A DNA stretch of 63,932 nt, filler included, from Octopus bimaculoides (lineage: Eukaryota): NCBI RefSeq assembly GCF_001194135.2. It is 8 parts of 7 records of this genome, joined end to end, with 100 filler letters (N's around TTAATTAATTAA, not from the genome) between each part and the next. Parts side by side here need not be neighbours in the genome. Positions count along the whole stretch, not along the records: positions 1 to 3,005 come from NC_068989.1; positions 3,106 to 12,323 come from NC_068981.1; 6 more parts are not named here. One strand, 5' to 3'. How positions within the stretch are numbered: the stretch's first letter is position 1; each line of letters begins with the position of its first letter. Of the stretch, positions 1 through 12,322 are shown in pieces. Position numbers and translations under genes: made by a program. A model generated the notes under the pieces. The model made no database searches and was not told the origin of the DNA. It saw nothing but the letters and a program-made list of their open reading frames with translations.

Positions 1-165
1 CTAGTATGTTTACGTCTCCGTACCTAGCGGCTGGGAAAAAGGGTTTGACAGAATAAGTACGGAGCCTGAAAAAAGTCTTGGGGTCGATTTGTTCGACTAA
101 ACCTTTCAAGGCGCTGCGCCAGTATGGCCGCAGTCAAATGATTGAAACAAGTAAAAGATAATAAA
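1..165 (+). mobile_element. SINE family S1 (octopus OR-type tRNA-derived SINE), 3' part
   Basis: GGGGTCGATTTGTTCGACTAAA...GGCCGCAGTCAAATGATTGAAACAAGTAAAAGA matches the 3' ends of the fuller copies at 46296-46662 and 47490-47870. Confidence 0.85.
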
Positions 166-183
166 TAAATATATATACATATT

Positions 184-233
<50 letters not shown>

Positions 234-964
234 TCGCACACACATACGCATACATATATGAATTTGGCGTATAAAGGTGTATATACATATATGTATATAT
301 ATGTATATATGTTAATTATATATGTGTGTGAATATGTGTGTGAACATGTGTGCCTGCGTGTGTGCATGGGTCTATATATGCCATGGCTTTATTATATTGT
401 TAATCTTTTTTATAACGCTGCTTTTAATGTTCTACATATTTTTTTCCCACCAATTGTCCTACATCGAATAATTCTCTATGCCTAACTTTTAATGGCTTTA
501 ATCAAATTATTATATGCTTTCTTCGTAAACTGCTTTTATTTTCACCAGACGTTATTCTGACTACGCAACTATCCTAATCCTATTACAGTCTTTTCTGTTT
601 CTCCCCCCCCCTTTGTCCTTTTCATCTCCTTTTTTGTTTCATATTCACAATGAAGAGAACTGATATGGTTTATGCCAAATTTACGCAGCGATTTGCTTAA
701 ATGTTTCTGCGTAGACAGATAAATGGTGGTAAATTTGTCCTCTGATGAGTTTTCTTCGAGCTGTAAAACATATCAAGATCGTAAAAAAAAAATGTTGGTC
801 ACCTACTTATTCTATCTCACATTTCTACTTCTCCCAGTGTTATCATATTAGCATTAATTATGAAATATTAATACTCATTAATACACTCGTACACTTGCAT
901 TCACGTATATATCTAAACGTACTATATACACACACATAAACGCATATGCACTCGTATCGTCTGT

Positions 965-1860
965 GTGTATATTGTTCCAAGAAGACGAAGCTCCTTCATT
1001 CTACCCACCACCATGTTGCTGCGCATGGCTCCGTTTTGGACTTATATCCCGTTAATATTCGTCCCCAAACCTTAGATTTTATCTACCATTTGAACACAGG
1101 TAATCTCATTTGACTCTGTTACCTGTTTACTCGCACTGTTGTCTTGCGTTCTGCAGAGTTACGAGGAGGTGTTGAAAAGTTTCTGGGTTTAAGGGCATTG
1201 CGAAAGACCTTCTAGGCGGCCCAAACTTCCGATTTCTCTTACAGGGCTTAGATAAACTGCAGGACCACGGCAATAAATGTGTGAACCTGAAAGGGGTATA
1301 TATTGAAAAAAATCATAATTAACTGAACTTCTTGAATTTTCTTTTACCCAAAGCCAGAAACTTTTCAGTAATCCCTCGGATACTAACCACATGAGATTTT
1401 CATGAGATTTTCTCCCCTAATGTGTTGGAGTACAACATTGTATCTCGTCTTTTCTCGATACTCACAGGCTTGCACTTTATACCGATTAATATCACTCCAA
1501 TCATGATACGCTCCATCTTTCGTTGACTGTCGACAAAACTTCGTAGCTGTATGTTGTTCAACAACTAAGTTATACGTGAGGGCTGTTATTTCCTTTTCAG
1601 CCTAAATGAAACGTTTTTACTTCCCATAATGTAGACCAATTTACCGAATGCGACTAATTTCTAGAACGTTCCTTCGTGGCATTACCAGCCACTTTCTGAC
1701 GGTGACATCTTGTCATAAGCTGACCAGGGCGAATGTGCCATATTTTCCAAACCGTTCTTTCTAACTCTTTTGTAAGTTTCCTTCACTTGTCTTGTTCAGA
1801 AGGAATAGTTAGACTTCGCTTTTAATCCGTTCACTGTCATCCTTCAGTGTCTTCTAAGCT
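965..1860 (-). mobile_element. Old RTE-type LINE fragment (RT C-terminal region), interrupted by a mariner MITE
   Basis: Minus-strand translation gives degenerate AFGKL...RLKRK...YN...(Q)RKMERIMIGV-like and EAFV-like terminal motifs typical of RTE ORF ends; many frameshifts. Confidence 0.55.
1160..1382 (+). mobile_element. Mariner-derived non-autonomous element (MITE)
   Basis: TA-CGAGGAGGTGTTGAAAAGTTTCTGGGTTT at left and AAAGCCAGAAACTTTTCAGTAATCCCTCG at right are imperfect TIRs; interior encodes GLDKLQDHGNKCVNLKGVYIEK, resembling the mariner transposase C-terminus. Confidence 0.8.
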
Positions 1861-2178
1861 ATTTAGGTCAATTCAATGAACAATACGCTATCATCGTTGA
1901 AGATGTCATTGTGTTGATCATCGACACACACACATACAAACACACACACACACACACATACACACACATACACATGTACATATATACACACAAACAACAG
2001 ACTCTCCCACATGTATAAATTTTGTGAGCGAAATGAATCATCCACACACGATGAATTTGAGATTTCTATATCTCAATAATACTAAAACTCTATGGATGTT
2101 CGTGTGTAACTGAAATATCTTAAATAGTATATTTTATCTTAATGTTTTTTACATATTTATTTTCATACTTACACACAC

Positions 2179-2225
<47 letters not shown>

Positions 2226-2248
2226 CGCGTGTTGACAATATTAGAATG

Positions 2249-2478
2249 CAAGGAGGGAAATTTAATGAGCGGGCAAAATGGTTAGTACGCCTGTCAAAAT
2301 ACTTAGCACCATTTCGTCCGTCTTCATGTACTGAGTTCAAATTCCTGTGCGGTCGATTTGCCATTCATTATTTCGGGGGTCGATAAAATAAGTCCAAGTT
2401 GAACTCTGGGGTCGAATTTAATTGACTTGCCCCCCCCCCCTCTCCCGAAATTGCTAGCCTTGTGCCAAAATTAGAATC
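2249..2478 (+). mobile_element. SINE family S2 (OK-like), full length with TSD
   Basis: Flanked by a perfect 13-bp direct repeat CAATATTAGAATG (2236-2248, 2479-2491); body GGGGTCGATAAAATAAGT...CTTGTGCCAAAA shared with 44759-44972 and 63195-63290. Confidence 0.85.
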
Positions 2479-2870
2479 CAATATTAGAATGTAACATGTA
2501 AAATGTGTTTCTTCTTTATATAGCTGAGGTGAGACATGTACGGAGAAACCTTCACATTTCTGCAAAGTATTTACATGAAAAATTAGTAATCTTAAATTAT
2601 TGCCAATATTTTCATAAGTTTATTCTAAAATATTGGCTAGTCACACCGCCGACCACCTACATGGATTAATACATGACAATGGCACATTTAATTTATACAA
2701 AAACATTTTAAACCGACGTCTTTCTTTGGCTACATAACTCTCTTTCTAATTTCCCCTTTCTGTTTTATATATTAATTTACGTTCGTGAATTCTTTACAAT
2801 AAGTGCAACCAATTATATTTACATATAAGTATTTACCAAACTTCTTTTGCACTTTTTTCATTACCTCACA

Positions 2871-2951
<81 letters not shown>
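2871..2951. repeat. (TATC)n microsatellite
   Basis: Direct reading; similar arrays at 21266-21320 and 40366-40432. Confidence 0.95.
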
Positions 2952-3105
2952 GTCTATATTTCTCTGTTATTTATGACACACTCTCTCTCTCCCTATATAT
3001 ATATANNNNNNNNNNNNNNNNNNNNNNNNNNNNNNNNNNNNNNNNNNNNTTAATTAATTAANNNNNNNNNNNNNNNNNNNNNNNNNNNNNNNNNNNNNNN
3101 NNNNN

Positions 3106-3144
<39 letters not shown>

Positions 3145-4439
3145 TGAGAGAGAGGGGGAGGGAGAGTGATATTTATCGTCGCCTAACACCAGTGTTCTAT
3201 AGCAATACACTATACTGCAATTTTAACCCCAGAAAGATGCTTCCTTCAGTTGGTTATTCGGTCCGATTAGCACTCGGTATATATTGCAAGCAAGGAGAGA
3301 ACTACTATCTATTCCCGCTTCGAGACTACCAAACCGCGCGGTTTCCTGTCTTATTATTATCATCCTCGTTGATAGATACTCGTCTACTAGATTTATAGCA
3401 ATATTACAGTCGTGCGAAAAGAAATTAAACGTAGGAAAACCCTCAGTGCTGTCATGTATGAAGGAAAAATATTTATTCAAAGCTGAATCTGATTTGTGCA
3501 CAGAATTTCTCTTCCCGGTCCTTGAGAATCAGGTCTTCCAGTGTATATAGCTTCATATAAACATATTGATTGGATATATTCTGGTCTAAAACACTTGCTG
3601 GGAATTCCTGTTACCATATATAAGTATATAACTAAGTACATTCATACCGTTTACAAAATAACATTTATTAGTTACAAAAATATATAAATATATGAAAATT
3701 ACAACAACTTCTAAACATATATACATATGTATGTATAGATGCATACGTAGATAGATACATGCAAATACATGTATGTGTGTGTGTGTGTGTGTGTGCGTGC
3801 GCGCGCGTGTGTTAGGAACCTCTATAGAAAAGTCTTTTCACAATATTCCTTTGAAAATTTCTAAAACGAGTTTTGCTCAGGAAGCTGTAATAAACTGATG
3901 AACCTGAGTGTGTGCAAAAGTGTTTGTATATGGGAGGAAGTACTTTAAATTTTGGGTAATTTATTCCCAATATGAAGAGCCTTTCATTTATTTTGTCTTC
4001 GAACTTAATTGAATAAACTGCAATTCGCCGTAAGGCATATGTTGAACATGTTTTCACATTTGGCTTGTATAGAGCCTATTGCAAACATGAACTCATCTAC
4101 CCACTGATATAAGATGTGTGTATGATAGTGTATAAACAAATGCATGCATACTCAAACATGGAGTATACATAAATATTGATTATATTTTTTAAAACATATA
4201 GAAATTAATAAATATTAATGTGTACATATGTGCACATGTACATATATATATATGCGTATTCACATACATACGCACACATACAGATAGACATACAAACGTA
4301 TATATTTTTTTTAATGGACATATGATATATGCACCATGCATATATATCCATTAAGTGTTTATTCGCATGTATATATTCATTTACCTTCAAACATACACAC
4401 ATAAGGTACATTCAAACTTTTTCTCTATGTACCTGTGTG

Positions 4440-4565
4440 CGTGTATGCCCAGAGGCATTTCTTCTGGTCTTACATTCTAAGTTCACATGCTGCTGAGGTC
4501 GACTTTGCCTTTCATCTCTTCGGGATCGGTATAATAAATACCAGTTTAGCACTGGAATCGATGAA
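4440..4565 (+). mobile_element. SINE S2 fragment
   Basis: GAGGTCGACTTTGCCTTTCATC...ATAAATACCAGTTTAGCACTGG resembles the S2 body. Confidence 0.65.
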
Positions 4566-4803
4566 TGCATATGCATTCATACACATATGTGTGTGTGTGC
4601 GTAATATACATATAGATATATAGATATAGATATATATCTTGTCACACATATACCTCTATATGCACATATACTTATATACATGTGTATAACATATATAGAC
4701 GAGCGCTGATACACAATATAATCGAAACCTACATTCTTACACACACATACACACAAACGCGCCCGCACAATATATATATATATATATATATATNNNNNNN
4801 NNN

Positions 4804-4850
<47 letters not shown>

Positions 4851-4907
4851 TAGATAGATAGAATGACAGACAGATAGACAGATAGATAAGCATACATACA
4901 TAAATAC

Positions 4908-4939
<32 letters not shown>

Positions 4940-5392
4940 TTATATATGTATATATAAATACACATATATATGTATATATGTATGTTTGTATGTTGTATGT
5001 TTGTGCGTGTGTGTGTATGTCTGTATACATCTCAGATGCTCATGTATGCTTGCACACTCTTGAACTCACACGGATAACCTTTTATGTATGTATGTGCATA
5101 TTCATATGTCCCGAGGTAATCCCTTGCATAGTCACGTCCTGAGAATCAATGAAGTTTATAAATACATAGAAATATATGCAAATGTATGTAAATATACATG
5201 GGTGCGCAGGCGTACACCAGACATTCAAAATTCATAAGTGTGAAGTTTCAATTGCAGCAACTTATGTATATGGATCTGCAATCACTCTGGTGCTCGTACA
5301 TGCATACCTACGTGAGAGAGAGTGGGGGTGGGAGAGAAAGAGAAAGAGAGTGAGCGAGAGAGAGAGAGAGAGGGGGGGGTGTAGGTTGCTGG

Positions 5393-5768
5393 CACTCCGT
5401 CGCTTACGACGTCGAGGGTTCCAATTGATCCGATCAACGGAACGGCCTGCTCGTGAAATTAACGTGAAAGTGGCTGAGCACTCCACAGACACGTGTACCC
5501 TTAACGTAGTTCTCGGGGATATTCAGCGTGACACAGTGTGACACGGCTGACCCTTTGAATTACAGGCACAACAGAAACAGGAAGTAAGAGTGAGAGAAAG
5601 TTGTGGTGATAGAGTAGAGCAGGGTTCGCCACCATCCCCTGCCGGAGCCTCGTGGAGCTTTAGGTGTTTTCGCTCAATAAACACTCAGAACGCCCGGACT
5701 GGGAATCGAAACCGCGATCCTATGACCGTGAGTCCGCTGCCCTAACCACTGGGCCATTGCGCCTCCAC
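5393..5768 (-). mobile_element. tRNA-headed SINE family S3 (head A + tail X)
   Basis: Minus-strand start GTGGAGGCGCAATGGCCCAGTGGTTAGGGCAGC...GGTTTCGATTCCC carries Pol III A/B boxes; head shared with 10642-10947, tail shared with 53025-53330. Confidence 0.85.
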
Positions 5769-7305
5769 TGTGTGTGTAGGATATAGATGGCAAATATAAA
5801 GGATAACAAGGAACATTTATAAATTAAGGAACTTATACATAATGGTCTAGGACATAGTTATTTAGCAATAATTAAATGTTTGATAAAACCAGTTGATGTT
5901 GTTTCCGTTTCCAAATTTATTGAAGTGATTCTTTGATAAGTTTGGAGAACTGAGTACGAATATAGCAGCAGTTTGGCTAGAGAGGCTCTACGTTTTGGAA
6001 TATTCGAAGCCCTCGTATTTGAGAACTTGACACGCTTAGCCTTCTGAGCCTCTCTCGTCTTTGTGACATACAGTAATTGCTGAACTAGTTTGATATATAG
6101 TAGTTGTTCGATTGATTTTTAGTTAATAAGTCATGAGATTTATTTCTTATTGAATGCTGGAATTAATTTTTTTGTTATAATGCATCAGAACACAGTCACA
6201 TAAAAATGCCAAAAACTTATCGGCTGTGTAACATGAAAAATCATTTAAAAATCAAAATATTTGGTGGTATATTATGCAAGACAATTCCGCAACATTAGCT
6301 AATAAGTTATATCAAGATATATACATACATATACATACACGCTCATACATATACATACGCGCGCGCGCACACACACACACACACACACAAACACCTAATG
6401 AAAAAATTCGATAAAAAAATTTTTTTCCACGTGTTGAATTGTAGTGAAAACTATTCAAAGAAAAAAAAAAGAAAAAAGTGCACATAAATGTTACGTTGGA
6501 AAAAAATATATAATTTCTTCTTTCTATGAAATAAAATATTTACATGGTCGACTGTTTTCCTCTTGTGCTAATCATTCCATGTTATTCGGAGGAAGGATAT
6601 TTTATATGTGTGTATATGTGTATATGTATGTATATGTATGTATATATNNNNNNNNNNNNNNNNNNNNNNNNNNNNNNNNNNNNNNNNNNNNNNNNNNNNN
6701 NNNNNNNNNNNNNNNNNNNNNNNNNNNNNNNNNNNNNNNNNNNNNNNNNNNNNNNNNNNNNNNNNNNNNNNNNNNNNNNNNNNNNNNNNNNNNNNNNNNN
6801 NNNNNNNNNNNNNNNNNNNNNNNNNNNNNNNNNNNNNNNNNNNNNNNNNNNNNNNNNNNNNNNNNNNNNNNNNNNNNNNNNNNNNNNNNNNNNNNNNNNN
6901 NNNNNNNNNNNNNNNNNNNNNNNNNNNNNNNNNNNNNNNNNNNNNNNNNNNNNNNNNNNNNNNNNNNNNNNNNNNNNNNNNNNNNNNNNNNNNNNNNNNN
7001 NNNNNNNNNNNNNNNNNNNNNNNNNNNNNNNNNNNNNNNNNNNNNNNNNNNNNNNNNNNNNNNNNNNNNNNNNNNNNNNNNNNNNNNNNNNNNNNNNNNN
7101 NNNNNNNNNNNNNNNNNNNNNNNNNNNNNNNNNNNNNNNNNNNNNNNNNNNNNNNNNNNNNNNNNNNNNNNNNNNNNNNNNNNNNNNNNNNNNNNNNNNN
7201 NNNNNNNNNNNNNNNNNNNNNNNNNNNNNNNNNNNNNNNNNNNNNNNNNNNNNNNNNNNNNNNNNNNNNNNNNNNNNNNNNNNNNNNNNNNNNNNNNNNN
7301 NNNNN

Positions 7306-8346
7306 NTTTTATCAGTCTCACCTCAAAGCTTTGGCCATGCTGGAGCATCGCCGTTTTGCTAGACTGTTATTACTGAGAGCCTCCCCTGATATGTGGCATT
7401 AGGTGAAGAATGGAGTTTGATGTCTCTGCCCTCATTTACGCCTCCTGCCGTGAGGTAGGTTCATCTTGGACTCTCGACAGGAAGAGATCCAGTTTTGATT
7501 TGAAAACACCTACATCCACTTTGTGTAGATCCCTCAGGCACTTTGGGAGAATATTAAAAGGTTGTGGACCCATGAAACCCAAGCTGTTGCAGTAACTGGT
7601 CCTGAAGCGTGATGTTATTGTTGGGATCTTTGGCACTGTGCAGTGGCGATCCGTTCTGGCATTTGTGTAGCTTTCAATGCCAAAATTTGGTACAATCCCT
7701 TCTAGGATCTTACAGATGTATATTACTGCATATCTCTCCCGCCTTCGCTCCAGGGAGTAGAGTCTTAGCTGTTTCAGCCTTTCCCAGTAGCTGAGCTGTT
7801 GCAATGAGACGATCTTTGTGAAGCTTCGTTGGATTGCTTCAAGGTCCGCTGTTAATTTTACACTGTTGGGTGACAATAGCTGGGAGCAGTAGTCCAGGCA
7901 GCTGAGGACGAATGTCCTCCAGAGGACCATCATCATTTCCTTCCCTCTAGTTCTGAGGGTTCTCAGGATCCATCCAGCCTGCGCTTTGTCGCCATCTTGA
8001 TAATGTGCACTTGGAAAGAGGTATCATCACTCATGTCGATACCCAGGTCTCGCACTGATTTAGGTTCTGGGATTGTAATCCCATGTGGGCCAGTGTACCC
8101 TGTAAGTTTTCCATTCAGTTTTGAGCGTTAGCAGCGCAGGACTTGGAATTTTCCAGCGTTAAACTGCATATTATTGTCCTCAGCTCATCTATAAATTGAG
8201 TCCAACTCCTGCTGCAGGTGTGCAACGTCGCTAAGGTTATGTATTTTCTGCGAGACTTTCGTATCGTCTGCGTAGCTAACAAGGGTGGCTATCAGGGCAG
8301 CTGAGGGCATATCTGAGAAGGTCACTATGAAAAGCAGTGGTCCCAA
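7306..8346 (-). mobile_element. CR1/L2-group LINE, 5'-truncated RT and C-terminal domain
   Basis: LGPLLF (8329-8346), YADD (8263-8274), then LSYWERLKQLRLYSLERRRERY (ORF 7436-7936); stops and frameshifts; 3' end runs into an N gap. Confidence 0.9.
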
Positions 8347-9504
8347 TATATATATATATATATATAAATCCTGAAGATTTCATTTGTCTGATAGCATATC
8401 ATTATATCTCTGTCTCATCTGCCTCTATATCTTTCCTCCATCATTCTTGTATCTTACTGGAGCCTCTCCACTTATTACTTACTGAAATCTCGAGATTTTC
8501 TAGAAATCTGCCCAAACGACTCAGAAAAAGAAAATGGAGAAATTAATATATAGACATCAATTTATTTGAACAAATTCTATTCGGTATAACATCAAATTCT
8601 TTATACCTTCAGCTGTTTATACACCCAATTAATTCAATTTGAGGAATTAAATTAAATTAATTTAAATTTTCATATCGAATATCGTAAGTTGGGTATTTCG
8701 TCAGGGGAGAGAATTTGCTAGAAAGGAGCTACATTCTAACATGTTGGTTGACTTTGATAGACTCAGACGTGTGTTTAAGCAACAGGTGTATTTGTTAAAG
8801 TGTCCAAAGCTTCGAAATGATGACGAATCAAAACTGCTTACTAATTACCACAGTTGAATATTACGTCATCGATATTAGTGCACAATGGTGAGCAAAGAAC
8901 GCTCTAATCGAGGAAAACATAAATATTAAATCAAATTAAGAAATGAGAAAATTAATCAAGTTAAAACCAATATTAAATTAATACACTGTATTTCTAACTT
9001 AGATTAATTAACCATTCATAAACTATTAGTCATATATTCTCGAGGTGCGTGCCTAAATTAAGTTTCAGTAAGCTATATATAATATATACTATTGCTACCT
9101 GTACATAAAACCTTATATTCATATTAACCGAATCATTTATACTTTAATATCAATGCAATGTCTGTTAAGAATTATTTGATCGTTTTAGTTACAGATGTAT
9201 GCATTTTAATCATGAGATACCGCCTGATTCAAGGTTCCAGTAACCTTACTATTATACCTAGTTTATTCTTTAAATTACATCTAATGGTAGTTTCTGAAAG
9301 CATATTTACAGGCGTGAACACATGAACAATCAGTTTCTCTCCTTGCATTCAGGAGTCGACGCCTTGAATATAAGATTTGAAAAAGTTCCTCCTATACATA
9401 TAGGTATGTTGATGCAAACAGGAAAAATAGAACTCAAAATAAGAATATATGTATATAGCGGAGATACCCGGCCTTGCTCGGAATTAAAATGGCATAGATT
9501 TTTA

Positions 9505-9695
9505 TTGATTTACTTGTTTCAGCCAGGTGAATGCGGCCATACTGGAGCACCGCCGATGGTCGAACAAATCGACCACGGGATTTATTCTTTGTAAGCCTAG
9601 TACTTATTCTATCAGTGTCTTTTGCCAAACATTGGTTATCAAGCAATGGTGAGGGTAGAAACACCCCCCACACACATACATATATATCATATATG

Positions 9696-9726
<31 letters not shown>

Positions 9727-9810
9727 ATATACGTATATATTCGACAGTCTTCTTTCAGTTTCCGTGTACGAAATCCACTCACAAGGTTTTGGTCGGTCTG
9801 AAGCTATAAT
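9505..9810 (-). mobile_element. SINE S1 copy with internal microsatellite
   Basis: GCGGCCATACTGGAGCACC...GAACAAATCGACC and AAATCCACTCACAAGG are reverse complements of S1 segments. Confidence 0.8.
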
Positions 9811-9907
9811 ATATATATATATTTATATATATATATAGATCCATACAGACATACAGACATACAGACAGACGGAAATTCTCAGTTTTATATATATATAATA
9901 TATATAC

Positions 9908-9974
<67 letters not shown>

Positions 9975-10067
9975 CAGACAGACAGACAGATAAACATTCT
10001 CAGTTTTATGTGTGTTTGTGTGTGTGTGTGTGTGTTCATGTATGTATTATCATAAGAAGATTGGTAA

Positions 10068-10109
10068 CAATGACTTCGAAGTTTCGTCCAACTTGCCTTC
10101 ATCGAACTG
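10068..10109 (-). ncRNA. Possible degenerate hammerhead ribozyme remnant
   Basis: Reverse strand reads CAGU-UCGAUGA-A-GGCAAGUUGGAC-GAAA-CUUCGAAG-UC-AUUG: palindromic stem III and 4-bp stem I, but altered core and a mismatched stem II. Confidence 0.3.
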
Positions 10110-10641
10110 TCAATCTGCTTGAGAGTAGCAAGCCGAAATTTTGAAGTCGAAGTCACTCTTCCTGTAAAACTATAATCGTGTGTACTCTACAAAGAGTATT
10201 GAGTAATTCATCAGTTTGATGTTACGTACATACATACACACATACAGACGGACAGACAGACAACCAGACATACCTGCATACATATCGAAATCCTATTCTT
10301 CCAACGTGTTTCACTTACCTATGGGTGTTACCAACTGCTCGGCGAAGTCACATTATCTGTGGGTGGAATCATATCATTGCGAACTATTTATCAATCTTAT
10401 GTCAGAACCTTATCTTTAAACAATGTAATTAAAAGTGGACAAACACCTGGAGAAAGAAACATTTCATGAATGTTGCAGAACTTCTGATTAACGAAACTGT
10501 TATCAGAAGTTTATCACACCTAAAGGAATTTAATAAAAATATAATTAGATTAAAGAAACGTGATTTATTCTGTTCACATTTCATTGACTCCACGGTTAGT
10601 ATTAGTAGAAGAAACAATAATCTGAAATATATGGAACCTTT

Positions 10642-10947
10642 GTGGAGGCGCAATGGCCCAGTGGTTAGTGCAGCGGAAGATCGCGGTTTCGATTCCCAGA
10701 TCGGGCGTTGTGAGTGTTTATTGAGCAAAAACACCTAAGCTCCACGAGGCCTCGGCAGGGGGTGGGTGGCGACCCCTGTTGTACTCATTCGCCCCAAGTT
10801 TCTCTCACTCTTTCTTCCTGTTCTTGAGTAACGCTGCGATGGACTGGCGTCCCGTCCAGCTGGGGGGAACATATACGCCATAGAAACCGGGAAACCGGGC
10901 CCATGAGCCTGGCTAGGCTTGAAAGGGCAACGTTTATCGTTTATCGT
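10642..10947 (+). mobile_element. tRNA-headed SINE S3 variant (head A + tail Y) with TSD
   Basis: Perfect 11-bp TSD TATGGAACCTT (10630-10640, 10948-10958); A/B boxes; short (CGTTTAT) tail repeats. Confidence 0.9.
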
Positions 10948-11019
10948 TATGGAACCTTGCTACTGTAGGTAATTGAATGAGATACAGTATGACCAGGTTA
11001 TAAAGCTGTTCTTACTCTT

Positions 11020-11235
11020 TTACATTTTTGCTTGTCTCAGTCATTGGCTTGCGGCCACACTGGAATACTACCTTGTAGCATTAGTCAGTATTTTTCCCAA
11101 GTTAGGAATTGATACTATCGGCACGAGTTTGTCGAACATGTAAGTTAAGAAAGCATGAACAAACCCACACCAGTTGTCAGACGGTGTGGCGGACAAACAC
11201 AGGCACACACACACGGATGCAACCCCATCTCACAC

Positions 11236-11266
<31 letters not shown>

Positions 11267-11418
11267 AATGTGTGTGTGTAAACGACAGGTTTCTACACAG
11301 TTTCTGTCTACTGAGTTCACTCATAAGATACTTACCCAAAATAATGCGCAGTGAGACTGAGCTGGAAGACAAGTGGTTGCGAAGCGCACTTCTTAACCAC
11401 ACAGCCATACCTGCACCT
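11020..11418 (-). mobile_element. SINE S1, near full length
   Basis: Minus-strand head AGGTGCAGGTATGGCTGTGTGGTTAAGAAG, internal (TG)n and a degenerate GGCCGCA..CAATGACTGAGAC tail. Confidence 0.8.
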
Positions 11419-11439
11419 GGTAATAATATCCTTATCATT

Positions 11440-11665
11440 TAGCGACAAGGAGACTTTTTGCAGTCGTTCAACAGGCTAGAAACAGCAACGAAATTCTTCA
11501 AGATCACAACCAACAATCTTTAAAAATGAATATTACTATAACCCAAAATATATGTGAGCTGGACATTATAGCGCTACACTTAAATATAAAGAGGAAATAC
11601 TCTTATAATAAGTCTGCTCGATTACGGCAGACCTGGTACTAAACAGCAGCAACAACAACAACAAC
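11440..11665 (+). mobile_element. SINE-like family S4 ending in (CAA)n
   Basis: CAACAGGCTAGAAACAGCA...AGTCTGCTCGATTACGGCAGACCTGG..AAACAGCAGCAACAAC; related pieces at 12776-13090, 15400-15490, 15800-15990, 16460-16510 and 48985-49030. Confidence 0.6.
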
Positions 11666-11889
11666 ACCTTATCTTCTATGTTCTTGAAATTTGATTTGAG
11701 ATTTGAGATTTGTTTCCTGATTAGATCTGGAAACAAGAAAAATGTCAATATCCCATTTAATCCTCTTTGTTCACAGCCTGAACACATCTGATAGGAATTG
11801 AGCCGGAACACCAAAATAACGCAATGATGGTGGTGAAGTTTGTAATACTTCGAGATACACTTGTAGATATCCAAGCGAGAGATATAAAT

Positions 11890-12020
11890 TACCTGCTATC
11901 GGATCAGGATTCGTGCAGAATACTGGATAGTATTTCTTTGCTGGTCGACAATGTTCGTTTCAATGTCAAAATCCTTCAATCTCTTAGGTAGCAGTTTGGG
12001 TGTGGTGCCAAAGGCATATT
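11890..12020 (-). mobile_element. RLE-type (R4/Dong-like) non-LTR element, C-terminal fragment
   Basis: AFGTTPKLLPKRLKDFDIETNIVDQQRNTIQYSARILIR resembles the GALGT...QK..LL.SARILR terminal motif. Confidence 0.7.
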
Positions 12021-12021
12021 T

Positions 12022-12322
12022 TATTATTATTATTATTATTATTTTATGTTTGACTTTTGTTTTGCATTTGTACAAGTTGGATCCAAGTCTCACCCAGAGA
12101 CCTCAAGAGACAACAAGTTAGAAGTTCATTTAGGTGTTATGCCTAGGGTACCATATATTTGGATTTGTACAGTTTTGTTCTAAGTGAATGTTTAAGAAAC
12201 CATAAGAAAATTATGTGTTTGTTTTAAAATTTGAGATCACAGACAGTATTTTACGTAGGATATGGGCAGTTCCCATGAGCACTATCTTTTGAACTTCAGC
12301 CATTTTGGGGTTTCCTGGTATC
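12022..12322 (-). mobile_element. R4/Dong-like 3' end terminating in (TAA)n
   Basis: IPGNPKMAEVQKIVLMGTAHILRKILSV-stop, then a 3' UTR and (TAA)n at 12022-12045. Confidence 0.85.

Noticed and set aside
742-748. CTGATGA hammerhead core
   Set aside because: No stem II followed by GAAA and no stem I/III
3050-3061. TTAATTAATTAA islands inside N runs (also near 12368, 43320, 49404, 60198, 61385 and 62657)
   Set aside because: An identical 12-mer with stops in all six frames, always between N blocks: a scaffolding spacer, not biology
5124-5135. 12-nt match to the start of miR-153 (and an 11-nt miR-29-like match at 2304-2314)
   Set aside because: The matches break off before the mature end, no precursor hairpin is seen, and the second lies inside a SINE
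10642-10710. tRNA gene
   Set aside because: The tRNA-like heads here continue into SINE bodies and lack a complete cloverleaf
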